Assembly (NCBI GenBank): GCA_964057225.1
Contig: OZ059899.1
Span: 14,074,001 to 14,138,000, forward strand
Origin: Auanema rhodensis
Taxonomy: Eukaryota > Animalia > Nematoda
DNA length: 64,000 bases
Reading direction: 5' to 3'
Shown here one piece after another: positions 19,876 to 36,596 of the stretch. The notes beneath the pieces were generated by a model, which was not told the DNA's origin, ran no database searches, and saw nothing but the letters and a program-made list of their open reading frames with translations. The position numbers and the translations under genes were made by a program. Within the stretch, counting starts at the first letter, position 1; every line of letters starts with the position of its first letter.

Positions 19876-20682
19876 TTGCATTTTGTACAAAAGTAGACAA
19901 GATTTTCACTTGGCGTCTAGACTTATGATTACGTTTGATCTTCCTATTACCTGTCCAAAGTTCAAGCCATAAACAAATATTCCAATATCTTTCTAATTCA
20001 TATTTTCACAACAAAAGTAAAACGTGGTCTACAAAAAATCCATTATTTGCCTCCCTGTCTAACATGGTCTCTGTGATTTAAACAAATATTTATGCAAAAC
20101 AATAATTTTTTCATTGATTCTTTCCGTTTATCTCTTTTTATTATTATGAAGATATGCAGAAAAATAAAAGATTTATTGCTAACTAAGAATGTGTGCTATA
20201 TCTGACTTTCCTTGATATTGAAAAGAAAGAGTTAATAGCTAGGAGATCTTCCTGACGCTTACAATCTCTGACAGTGGCTGACAAGAATTTCCGAACTGTT
20301 ATTGGTATATATAGTAAGTTGTTCTGTGCTAAAAATATCAAACTTCAAAAATGAATTTTGAGTAGGCTATATTTTCAAATTTTCAAAAAGAAAGAAAAGA
20401 GATTCACACATTGAGTTATAGTATAAACTAGACTTTTTGTAGTTTGGCATGCTTGTATGATCTTTTTCCCGCTAACTGAAAAGATTCTGCTTTTATCAAT
20501 TTACTGTTTTATGGAAAAAATTTTTTTAATTTAAAAGAAAAATGAAATACGTTTTTTATACATTAAAATCAGAATACACTTTTTCTGAATGTGTAAGAAT
20601 ATCTGAGGCAAAATTTCATTAGAAAGTTTTATTTGGTTTGATTTTAGGATCACGTTTATTCATAAACTTTAATATTCTTAAT

Positions 20683-21281
20683 ATGTCTAGCAGTGGACTG
20701 GTAGCTGACACAACTGTCAGTAACGGTGTGTCTGTTACTGAGGTTATCCATTCAAATCGTGAACCTATCTGGATGCTTGGCATCAAGGATCATAAGAAGT
20801 AATTTTTATAAGTTGATTTGATTTTTTGATATTTTTTAGAAAGTCTTATTTACTCCAACAAGGGGTAGTACTAGATGAGGTTGAGGATAATACAGAAACC
20901 CCTGATCCACTGTATTACCAGGTTCTATCTAAGCCAAATTTGCAAAATTTATAATATTAATTCAGGTCTTGTGGGAAACATATAGTGGCGACACAAAGAC
21001 GACATGGGAATTGTACTCTCTGATCCAGACCACCTCTCATTACATGAGATATCAAATAGTATGATTTGTAAAAACTACTTATCTTTTCAAACCATCATTT
21101 TCAGAATATGCAAAGAACGAGTAGACGGAGGAAGAGACGCGTGGAAGATCTTCTAAATTTATCCTCTTCCTCTGCTTCTTCATCCAGCTCTTCAAGTTCT
21201 GATGATTATAGAGACGGCTGTAAAAAAATCAAATCAGCATATCTACAGAGCAACCTAACTCCACTTACTCATGCACAATAA
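20683..21281 (+). CDS. Small 4-exon protein with a degenerate chromodomain-like motif, basic NLS-like patch and Ser run
   Basis: Three GT-AG introns keep the frame: MSSSGLVADT...DHKK|KSYLLQQG...PDPLYYQ|VLWETYSGDTKTTWELYSLIQTTSHYMRYQI|NMQRTSRRRKRRVEDLL...SSSSSS...LTHAQ*. Confidence 0.75.
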
Positions 21282-21940
21282 TTTTTTTCTGATTCGTAAC
21301 AGTAAAAATACGTATTCTATAGTTTATTTTCTAGTCCGATGATTTTAATATGAAATTCTTTAGAATTTAGTATGATTAATAAATTTTTTTTTCATTATAA
21401 ACAATATAAGCTAAAAAGTTATTTGAAGAAAAATTAAAAGCCAACCAAGAGAAAAAGAGTTCTGGTTTATCAAGAAAGGGGAATCATATCTTCTAAATTA
21501 ATATACGATTTCATAATTTTAAAGCTTTATAGGCGTTATATTAAATATAATTACATGTGTAGTTATAAACATATCATTCTTAATCATCCTGAAAAAAGCG
21601 TTTCATTGCCGTTCAGGAGTAGCTAATGCTGAATTAAATGAAACTTCGATGTTTATCGAAGACAACTGTTTAAAAAATAGAGTATATGTTGAAGTTAACA
21701 TTTTTTAAAAATTAACGGTACTTTCCCGAATATTCTTATCAGAGCGTGTACAAAGAAAGAACTAGGCAAACAGGACGAACAATTACTGTTAAGTTTCATT
21801 TTGCTCAAGAAAAGGTTGCAAAAGTTTCAAGAAATATTCAAAAATTTTAAAGATTCGTTAAGTTTAAGTAACAAAAAGTTAGAAACATCAAAATGTAGGA
21901 TAGAGTACTGTGCTTTGATATTGCTTTAATAATATACTCG

Positions 21941-23398
21941 TTAAGGATGTAAAATCGATGGTCCAACTGTCGGTCTGTTCAGCTTGTCTGCCCCATTCAG
22001 AAAATGCGAAAATCTTAAAAACGATACGTCCGAAATATACTGTTTATAAGCTAACCCATTCCGGACAGCAAAGTTTGCAAAATGCTCCGCTAGCTGTTCG
22101 GGCAAGTCTTCATGGATTGCATGAGCACTACCAGGCAGCATAACAGTTTGAAACTTTCCTTGCATTTGGGCAATCTATGAAAATCAATAAGCATTGAATC
22201 AAATTTCTAAAATGCTTACCATCAATTCTTTATCCAGACGATCAACACCAGCCAAAATCAACAGCTTTGCAGCCGGAGCTTCAACAAAGCATTTAGACAG
22301 GCCAGAGAACCACCCTGGCCAGAATTCAGCAGTTTTTGATAAATCAATTCTCCAAGTATACTATGATTAAAATTTTATATAAACTAATCAGAACTATCAT
22401 ACTTTGCCATCAGGTAATGGTTTTAATTGAGTTGGCATAGAAACACGTGCAGAAGCAACATTATGTGTAGCTCCACTTTTGAGAGCCCTATCAATTTTTC
22501 AAATTCTAACATAATTTATCGTATCACTTACCACTTTATTGCTTCTTCTAATGATCCAAAAGATGTTGGTCGATTTCTCAGTACTGATTGCTATTGGATA
22601 AACATAATTAGATAATTATAAATTTATAATTCTACCATGGAACTTAAAGCCTGCATGGCTGACCCCTCTACAACATCAATTACTGCCAATCCAACAACAT
22701 TGGGTAACAACTTTGATGACACAGCATGTACAGCTAATGCTCCACCCATGCTTAACAATATGATCAATGATATCATTATCATAATTAAAGTTAATACCTA
22801 TGTCCTACAACACACACTGCTGGCTTTTCAGTGAAATCACTTAAGCCTTCATAGTATCCACGAAAAACTTCCGAAATGTCCCTTGAAATTAAAATATTCG
22901 TAATATGGACCACATAAATTCGTACTTGATTTGTTGTTCTTTGGATATGTTCAATTCGTTTTCCGATTTAGAATCCCCATGCCCACGAAGATCAGGACAA
23001 ACTATTCTACAGTTGATTTTTTCCGTAAGACGTAACTAAAAGTTCATGTCATCAAATAAATTTGATTTGGTAATGCTTACAGCTAACTGTGCCCAAGTAG
23101 CACCGGAGTACCCGCCTCCATGCAAAAAGAGAAAAATAGGACCTTCTTTTCCTAAATCATCGCAATTTCTACTTTACAAGTGCTGTTGGACCTATACCTC
23201 TAACATATAAATTAAATAAATCTTTGTCAACCTTTATCTCGACTTTGTTATCAAAAAATTCTTCCCAACTAGAGGGGGTATGACTTTGAGGACCTAATGG
23301 CTTATTTTCTCGTCTGAAAATTTGAAAATCGTTGTTTGTACGAGATAATCAGAACCCTACGGCAACGGTAGTTTCCGCGATAAAACTTGTTTGTGCAT
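21941..23398 (-). CDS. Protein phosphatase methylesterase 1 (PME-1/PPME1, alpha/beta hydrolase)
   Basis: Motifs FLHGGGYSGATW, DLRGHG, GHSMGG nucleophile elbow, VIDVVEGSA, LILAGVDRLDKELM.AQMQGKFQ, HAIHED. Start taken at the ATG after the tttttatgcag acceptor; an in-frame ATG also exists at 23410. Confidence 0.93.
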
Positions 23399-23775
23399 AT
23401 TATTCTGCATAAAAAATACTTGCTTATATACGCTTTTTTTATCAGATAGCAAAGCCAAATATCGAAACGCTATTGAGAACGATCAAATGCAAATTACTAA
23501 CCATGTATAATAAAGATTTATTAGAATTTACAAATAATATAGCAACAGGAATGAATATAACCGGAAAGATATCGAAGTATAACATGTGAGTCGGAAGTAG
23601 GATAAACAAAAGAACCAATTTAAAATTGAAAAACATACAAGTTTAAAACCTATGATAATTCGTACTTTATATAAGAAAATTTAATCTAGATGTAACGAAG
23701 TTCCATCTGATACAGTAATACCAAACATACAACAAGGCCTTCTGCAGCAAGCCTGCGCCAACACGAATTTCACTA

Positions 23776-23791
23776 GGCGGGAACATTTAAA
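23776..23791 (+). promoter_or_regulatory. E2F plus CHR-like element (GGCGGGAACATTTAAA) in a divergent promoter
   Basis: GGCGGGAA E2F core followed by TTTAAA (TTYRAA), between PME-1 and the gene at 24007. Confidence 0.45.
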
Positions 23792-24006
23792 ATGTGAGCC
23801 AGATTATCAGTAGCCAGAAAATTTATTTTAGTTATTTTCGAGTTGCGAAGGTTTTTTTTGCGAACAACATTTCGAATTATTATTGTTGTTGCTACATATA
23901 AAAGTTATCTTCCTTTGTTTCAATATTGTTGAAGGAACTGTGCATGTTTTAAAGCTGATCTTTATCTTTATGCAGTTTCTTCTGTGCTGAAATATGTAGT
24001 TTAGAA

Positions 24007-24419
24007 ATGACTTATGATTATACTATTGAAAATATTAATAACCGTGAGGTTGTTCAAAAGAACTTCGTGAGCCTTAAATCAAAGGCTGATAACTATTCTG
24101 GTCGTCACCCATCGTTGAATGAACGATTTTCTGTTTTAGGTGAACTTTCAACTGTTTTTTGTTTAATAATTAATTTTGCAGAACGAGGATTCTTTCTCTG
24201 CCCTCAATTGAAAAAATCTCAACCTCGGAGTGATATAAGAGCCATAGAGTTGTGCCCAAAGGGGTCGACCAGCGAATTCATTCAAAAATTAAAAAACAAA
24301 ACCGCCGCTAAAACTCCCGTAAGTATAATTTTCTATCTATTTTATCTATTTCGCATTTTTAGGCAAGTCCTAGCCTCTCTATGAGCCCTCCAAGATCGAT
24401 TGATTCTGTATCACCATAA
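24007..24419 (+). CDS. Small 3-exon hypothetical protein (~108 aa)
   Basis: gtttag|aaATG; MTYDYTIENINNREVVQKNFVSLKSKADNYSGRHPSLNERFSVL|ERGFFLCPQ...KTAAKTP|ASPSLSMSPPRSIDSVSP*; two short GT-AG introns keep the frame. Confidence 0.75.
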
Positions 24420-24464
24420 TTTTCTTAATTTGTTTGACAAATGTATTGAATACAACATACCGTG

Positions 24465-25712
24465 TTACATGCGAATAAACGGGTTATTCTTAGTTAATTT
24501 GGTTCTTTTTTTGGGTTTACGGATGGAGCACACTCCACCTTGTCCAGTCAATAAAGCATTTGAAAAGCTTTCTCCATAATAAACTAAAAGTACAGAAATT
24601 AAATGTGAAAAAGCTATATATTCAATACCTAAGATTTCTTCTTCCTTTTCTATTGGTCTAAATACTCTATAGTAGACACATCCTAAATATTGAAAAGCAA
24701 TAACATTTTGCTCTCCCTCATCTGAAAAAACAATGGGTTAAAGACATGTTTAGAAAACTTACGCATACTGTGATTAATATATCTCATCCAGTTTGAGCAA
24801 TTCTCATCACTACCATCAATATAACAATGTTCTGTCTAATACGGAAAGTTTTAGCTGAACGTTTTGATTATCAATTATACCTTTGTTATTAACTCCCAAC
24901 AATATCCGTCAATCAATGAAGTTTTAGGATCATTAATCAAACGACCTTTATAAGGACCAAATACTGTACCTCTCTGTAATATAGACGTACTCTTTGTAAG
25001 AGAAGTATGATTTGAAACTTACTGGTATGGCTGAAGTTGCAAAAACTCCTAATCCTGCTTCGGGAATTCTGGATATATTAATCTTTACGAAACTAGGACT
25101 AGTTTGTGGAGCCATAGGCTTAGATTTATCCTAAATAGTTTAATAAAATTAGAGAAATATCTATTAGAACTACCTTAGGTGCACGATCTGAAACTACAAA
25201 CAATGGATGATCTTTACAAGCTCCCCTAAAAAATCTTTCACACTTATCACAATCTGAAATTAAATAAAGTTGAAAAGATGTTTATAGTTAATCTTCTTAC
25301 GTATATAATTATCATCATCATAATTAATTTTCTCATCGGGAATTTCAATGCCTAATGCAGCATATTCCTCAACTGTAATATTAAAATATTATCAAACGTG
25401 GGACCGCAGTTGAATTTCTTGATCGAAGTTAGATTTTAGAGACATAGAGGTCACACTAATTTTAAGCGTTAAAATTACCAGAAATCTGCTGAATGTATGT
25501 AAAGTTCGGATCATGTTTCTCGGGAACCATGCTCAATGGCATACTTGATAGTACTATGGACATATTATTATCTATAGCCAGAAAATGCTGAAGGAAATAT
25601 TTTAGGTAACTTATTAAAGAAATCAAACCTTTTCTTGGGGCATGATTACTTCCGAAACGCTCTCCTGCGTTGGTTCAGGCTCGAAACCTGGTATAACAAA
25701 TGCTGTAGTCAT
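24465..25712 (-). CDS. set-17: PR/SET-domain histone methyltransferase (PRDM7/9-like, no zinc-finger array)
   Basis: Zn-knuckle YCDKCERFFRGACKDHP, then SRIPEAGLGVFA, FGPYKG, IDGSDENCSNWMRYINH, EQNVIAFQ, VYYRVFRPI..EEILVYYG, C-terminus KNNPFIRM*, matching C. elegans SET-17 as recalled. The 5' end is less certain. Confidence 0.85.
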
Positions 25713-26163
25713 GTTTCGGATGACTCCCCACCGTAGAATACGTCCCTAACAAACAATACATTAACGTATAGGCTAGACGATCTGATGGTATACTATATTT
25801 AAACAACTCAAGAATATTACAGAATAAATTACTAATTACAAAAATTTACAAAACAGTTCTGGTCAAAAAAAAGACAAGGTGATTGATGAGACATATAATA
25901 TTAGTATAATGTTCAATCTGCTTCTCACAACATTATAAAGAAAAGAAAAAACAAAGATATAGAAGAAGCATCATGAATTCGGATAACTTTTGATTTGGTT
26001 GTAAAGCATAAAAAATATTTCGGATACGATCAACGATATTACATTGAACTTAAAGCACACAAACGACAGAACACGTACATCATATCAATTTATTGTCACT
26101 AATGTTGCATTCAGGATTATTATTAAAATTTGTTGATAAATTTATATTTAGTTTTACAGAGTA

Positions 26164-26844
26164 ATGGATGATTCTACTAAGGCTCGTTTAAAATCTATTC
26201 CAACTTGTAAAACTAAGGCTGGTCCAAGAGATGGAGATCTTTGGATTCAGCGATTAAAGGTGAACTATTCTTTAGCATTTAAGTGTCCATAAACATTGAA
26301 ACAATATTATTTTAGGAAGAATATGAATCTATTATTAAGTTTGTTCAAACAAACAAAGAATCTGATGCTGATTGGTTCAAACTTGAATCTAATGCTGATG
26401 GTACTAGATGGTTTGGAAAATGCTGGTATTTCCATAACATGATCAAGTGAGTTTATTTTACCATATTTCGTTTTCTTTCATTTTTGGGTATGTTTATTAC
26501 TACATATATTTACTCAATTTGTTAAAGGTATGAATTTGATGTTGAGTTCGAAATTCCAGTCAATTATCCTGTAGTTGCTCCTGAAATTGCGCTTCCAGAA
26601 TTAGATGGAAAAACAGCAAAAGTAAGATTTTTTTCACAGGAATTGAATTATATAAATCAAACTTGTTTTATTTTAGATGTACCGCGGGGGAAAAATTTGC
26701 TTATCTGACCATTTCAAACCACTATGGGCTCGTAACGTTCCGAAGTTCGGAATCGCTCATGCTTTCTCACTTGGTCTTGGACCATGGCTAGCTGTAGAAA
26801 TTCCAGATTTGGTAGAAAAGGGTTTGATCGTTGCGAAAGCTTAA
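26164..26844 (+). CDS. ufc-1: UFM1-conjugating enzyme 1
   Basis: [35 protein letters not shown]...WFGKCW...[52 protein letters not shown]; 4 exons. Confidence 0.97.
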
Positions 26845-29800
26845 TCTTTGTTTTGGGTGCTTATTCATTTTGCTATTTATTCCGTTCTGTCATTTAAATT
26901 TGTATGGTTTTTCCTTTATGATTATGGGAAGTTTTATGGTTGTTTTACATCTTTCTTTACTTAATTTAATTGCTGTGATTAAGTAAGCCAATAAGATATT
27001 TCTCAAAAATCTTCTTTTTTTTTCTTATGGATTTCACTTCCTACTCATATATTGACATAACTTTTTTTTCATTCAATCAATATATATCGTTTGAATTGTT
27101 GAAAAGAGATTTTTGTCCAAATTTCTAAATACTAGTAAGTTTACTGAAATCAGGATGTAATATAGTCTTGTTCAATCTATCTCATTCACTTTTCTGGCTC
27201 TCCAAACTACACGTGGCTCAGCTGACGTCTATGCCCCCTAAGACTACTTTCTGTCCCAGATCACGGACGATGAGAGGCGAAAAAGAAAGAAGATGAGAAT
27301 ACTTCTCTCTCGCACCTCACCCCATGCCGCCCGTACTCCTATTGCTCAAAAATCTTGGAATGCACAAACCGACAGAAAGTGAGAACTTTCCTGCTTCATC
27401 TTGAATTTATCCAGCCTGTGTGACAACTTTTCAAAAATTTCACTTCTTGTGTTTTGTTCCTGTTGAACTGAATTATCGATTCTTCGTGTGATTAAGCCAG
27501 GAGTTCCAGCATGATATGCTACGTCTTGAACCTAGCGTTTTCAATATTTTCATCATGCAAATCAATATTGTTAACGTCTATTATCTTATAATTTCATCTC
27601 AAGTTTCCTGAACTTCTCGTCGCTTCTTCTTGTTTTTTATACATTTTATCGTTTCTATACTTTTGATTTTCTCTTATTTCCATTATGAGACACTCGATTT
27701 CACTTGGCCTCCTCAGTTGAACTGAGCTTATTTGCTCATGAATTGGGGAGCATAAGATCGTGCTACTGTTTGTTTTCTTGTTCATGTTCGTTTCTTCATT
27801 TTCTTATCATCTCAAATTGTCCTGTACTATATTCTTTTAATTGAAAGCATTGGTGTCTGAGTAGTATATAGCGAACGCGTTCCATATTCATGGATGTAAG
27901 CGGTGTTTGATCTTGCTATTCTCAATTTTCCCAGATTTATATAAGTAATACTATCCTAAACATTCATATTATAATTAATTTACCATATTTCTTTTTCCTC
28001 TTCTTTTCTTACACGCCAGATGTAATTCTTTAATATATCTTTAGTTTCAAAAAGAGGCTTCAAATGTTCAGAAACTCTTACGATTCTCTTAGATACCCCT
28101 CATGTTGGAACTCTGTCACTTTCTCTTCAAGTTTTTTCTCCAATTTGAAAGAAAGTCGTGGACAATCATGTTTTCGTTCATATCTCAAAAACTATTTGAT
28201 AGATTTAAGAAACATTTTGCCAAGTAATTTAAGCAGTGCTAGATATGATTGTTTATTTATAAATGGTGTAAAAATGTTTAAAAATTATGTTGAATAGAAT
28301 GTTTATGTCAAAGAAATCAATACTTTAAAAGCTGACTTAATTTACCTAATTTGTAGAATATAAGAAACTATTTAAAATAACACGAACTGTGCTTTTCGAA
28401 AAAGGCGAAAGGTATATTAAAATTAAGAAGAACTGAAGTATTGAATCTTCTACACAATCCATTTATTGTATAAAATTCTAAAATTTTTCTATATCAGCTT
28501 CTTTGGTATTAAGAAAAATATTTTTTAAACGGAGTAAAAATATTAATATTTAAAGAAGTTTTGATGATCCAATCTTTTTCTTTGATATCGACATCTCATT
28601 TGGACGTCTACCTCCTACTATTTCGCGTTCCGAACATTTTACTTCATTCTCTGATATTGCTGAATGTCCTTATGAAGCAAATAAGTGATTTTTTGATGAC
28701 GATAATGTTTCGTAAGTTAACTTTATCCGCGATAACTGCCATTTCTTCTTTTTCGTGATTGAATTCATTGCAGACTGCCAATCTTCCCGAACATTCTCTT
28801 TCTCTTAGTAAATTTAGAATGTTTCCTCCGTCATCTTCAAGTTGCATTTAGATATTCTCTGCTTTTGATCTGCCAATATTTCGAAGGTTTCGTTCCCTAT
28901 TCTGCAACCCAAGATGCTTGCCCTTAGCCAAAGCTTTACCTTCACTTTTCTTCTTCAGTGTTGCCAAGTCAACCCAAGGCTTCTAAACTTCGCTGCAGAG
29001 TTAGAGTTGTCAACTTAAGGTTCCGAATTCATTCTTTATATAAAAGTGGTTCCTGTTCCTCAACTCCCAACAATTTTCGAGATTTAACTACCACTACAGC
29101 TATTAAAAGGAAACCGATCATTGGAAAATTGCGATAACTTTTATTTTCCAATCGAAATCTATCGTTTTATCGTGATTTGTAAATATTAAAATTCCTTGTT
29201 GAACATCATTTTCAATCATTTTGAGTTTGAATGTCATGTTCCTGCCAAAAAACCATTTATAACGGAAAAACGTCAATGCACTCTATTTTGGCTTTTCCTT
29301 TTTATTCATTTCCGCAGAGGCGGTAAGTTTAAAAAACCTGGTTTTCCTATTTCTACTCATCCTTTTTCATTCTCATATTTTTCTTTTTATTTTATCGCCA
29401 AAGCAAAATTTTTACCGGAAGTTATTCTCTAATAGACTGCTGAAACCACCCACTTATATGAGATGTTTTCCTTGTTTTACAACTTTCCACTCTCAAACCT
29501 CCTTCAGAATTCACACTCCTTCGTCATAGTTGAATATGAACTCCAATTTTGGTTATTCCAACGTTACCAAAAAAAGCATCAACCCGTTGTTACAACAATC
29601 ACAATACAACCCAAGATGAAACATTTGGCTTTAATTAGTATTCAATCACCAAATTGATGTCATCAATTTCAAATTGACTTGGCTTTTCCAATTTTCATTT
29701 CTTTTTCTTCTGTTCTATACTATTAACACTATCTTCAATTGTCTCCAACATGATGACAACAATTAATCTATCTAGCGTCATTACCAATTGTTCTCTCGTT

Positions 29801-29979
29801 CCTCTCTTTCCATATCTACCCTTTCTTCATCTTTTTGATTTAACTCGTCTTTAACTCTCTACTTTTTTCTTTTTCAAATTTTAAGTCTCTAATATCTACT
29901 GTTTAATTCTATTTCCTCGTTTTTATCTCTTGTCTATGCTTAATTGAACTCGCAATAATCTTATTCAATCTTTTAGGGG

Positions 29980-32165
<2,186 letters not shown>

Positions 32166-33384
32166 ATTACTAAGAGATATTCAGATTTCTATTTCTTTTC
32201 TCTTAAAACAAGTGTGATGTCCCTCATTATATGCTCATATGTAATACTAGCTCTTGCTTAAGTAAGCTTAGGTGATTGTTCTTGAATAATCCTTCAGGGG
32301 GTACCTTTCAATTTCGTCTTCCTCATACCCGAAATCTTTTCTTAGTTCTTGTTCCGTTTGTCTCCCCGTTGAATATTAACTCCAGCACTTCTGTTGAATC
32401 CGCATTAATAATCTAATAATTTTTTTCAACTTGAGGTTTCATTTAGATCTCTGAATCTAAAAGCCTACAAGGTTACATTCACGTTGGCTCTCAGAAATCC
32501 AGCGCGAGAGTGAGTAATTCAGAAAGAGTTGGCAGCTTATCAAGAGGGGCGAAAAAAAATCATTAGAACCACTATTTCTCTTTTTTTTCAAGCCGTATAA
32601 TATGTACAAAAATTTTAGAAAAAGTGATTTGAACTTGTATAGATGTTTTCGCTTATATATTGGTCTTGCATGACAGCTTATAGTTTTTTCCTTCTCAGGA
32701 ACCGCTCTAAAGAATATCCTGCTCACGAGCATAGTTGCTCCACATAGTTCTAAGCTAGCTACTCATAATAGATTTATTAGATTCTTTACTTATAACTCAT
32801 AATGGCTCTTCTTAACATTACTTCCCCACTTAATACGCAAATACGTACAATATCAGAACATTGAAGATGAATAATTGCAAATGAGTCTCCTCCATTCTCA
32901 GATCCAAGAGAAAATCCAGTTGGAAAGAGCATTTTAGTAATTTTTTCCATTTTCGGATTACTATAAGCAAGCTTAGAGGAAGTAATGTTAAAAAGCGCCC
33001 TCAATTCTATATGTTCATAGAACATGTGTTTATGACGGTTCTATGGCTCTGCACTGGCCTTACTTTTTCTATGAGAAATAACTTTTTTGGTGTTTCATAC
33101 CCTAAGCTAAATCAAAACAAATAACTTCGTATCATGAGATTTCTATAGGTACTGGTTATACAATTCTTGAGCAGGTTATAAAATTCTACTAAGTCATTAA
33201 CCTTAACCTGTTGATCCGGTACTAATACTACTTATATTAGATGTGCGAAAAATTATATAAAGATTTCTATTGATTGTTAGTTTGTATGGAATTATTTTTA
33301 AATGTGATTCTGGTTGAAGAAGCCGACAAAAGATATCTGTTGATGTTTTTGTAGGATTTTTCTGTTTTATTTATAATTTAGATA

Positions 33385-34272
33385 ATGGCTGCTAGATACG
33401 TGGCTAAGTTTATTAACCGAAACCCCAGAAATGCTGAAATGATGGGAAAGCAGATTAAGCCTACTGGCTATCAGTTTGAAGCTGATAGAAATAAGCGTTC
33501 TTTTATTTATAGGTTAGAAGCCTGTTGTCCGAAAAGATGAATCATTTTGAATCATTTAGAGTAGATTTAATTCAATCAAAATCTCATCAGGAAGCCAGAT
33601 TAACTCATTATCAGAATGGTGTTGTTGTTACAGCTTCAACAAGAGAAGCAGCTATTAGTAATCAATTATACAGGTTAATATTACTTATAAAAACACGGAT
33701 ATCCTTAATATCCCTGATCATGTGCGAATAATTTTTTTTAAATTGTTTTTTCATTATTCTCATGCGAAAACATGAGAAATGGGAAAGCAAAAACGGCGTC
33801 TCATTTCCTATTTTCACGGTTACTTATCCGGCTGTGTTTGAAACGATTTCACTAAACAATTAAACAATTTCAGCTTTTCATTTTTTTGCATTGAAAAATT
33901 ATTTTTAGTAATACTGATACGTGTGCAGCTTTAAACTTGGGACGTGTATTGGCAATTAGATGCCTCCAATCCGGAATTCATTTCGCTCTTCCCGGCTGTA
34001 CAGAAGAAATTGTTGAAAGAAGTTCACATGTTTGTTAACTCACTAGAAGATCCATGAATGGGTGTATATATTATAGCAAAAAGAATTTTACAAGGCACTG
34101 GAACAAGAAGGTTTGATTCTCTCTGAGCCAGAAGGTGTTGAGCAAACTTATGAAACTGATAACAGGCTTACTTGGGATAGGTATGACTTCTGGATATCTT
34201 AATAAATTAATCTTCTTTATTTTTAGGTATCCTTTGAAACCTACTCGTCAGGATAAGCTTGACGAACTTTAA
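33385..34272 (+). CDS. mrpl-18: Mitochondrial ribosomal protein uL18m
   Basis: MAARYVAKFINRNPRNAEMMG...VVVTASTREAAISNQLYSNTDTCAALNLGRVLAIRCLQSGI...KLDEL*; 5 exons. Confidence 0.92.
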
Positions 34273-34574
34273 ATTATTTCCAATTATTCGTTATCTAGTT
34301 TTTGTTAGTTTTGTTATTTGAAAATTATAAAAAAAGAAATGAATGTTTTCCAGAAAATTTATTATATTCTTGAAACAAACATTACGTGCTCTTAGTCTTA
34401 TCTTAGCACATAGTTAATTAAACCCAAAAAAGACTTCTACTACCACTGTTTATGTCACATTGCACTGAATCCTGTATACACTAATGTTCATAATATGTAT
34501 ACTTGAAAAGAAAAATAGTCTTAAAGCGTAGCTTCTTCTCAACTACATGTTTAGAAAAAAATCGAGAAGAACAT

Positions 34575-36354
<1,780 letters not shown>

Positions 36355-36596
36355 CGTGCGAAGCTATTTCAGATCGCTTTATCAAACATGCTAGAAAATG
36401 AAAAAAATATTAAGAAATTGCAAAATAAAATATGAAATGTAAGCAAATATCAAGTATTACATATCGATATGTACGACTGCCATAATTAATAAATTACTAT
36501 AAAAATTGCATTTATAATATAATTATATACATGACGAATGAGCGAATGTACTATATACATCAATAGAAAATCCTTTTTTGAGCTCAATGTAGCTTT

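Noticed and set aside
28561-28847. Overlapping ORFs upstream of the R3H gene
   Set aside because: No domain and no consistent splice sites; likely 5'UTR intron or outron.
32457-33025. Two intronless minus-strand ORFs (79 and 91 aa) as a pseudogene or viral fragment
   Set aside because: No recognisable motif or acceptor; probably 3'UTR/intergenic. A tBLASTx search would settle it.
33673-33908. Imperfect inverted repeats in the longer mrpl-18 intron (MITE or snoRNA)
   Set aside because: Pairing too imperfect; no boxes or target-site duplication identifiable.
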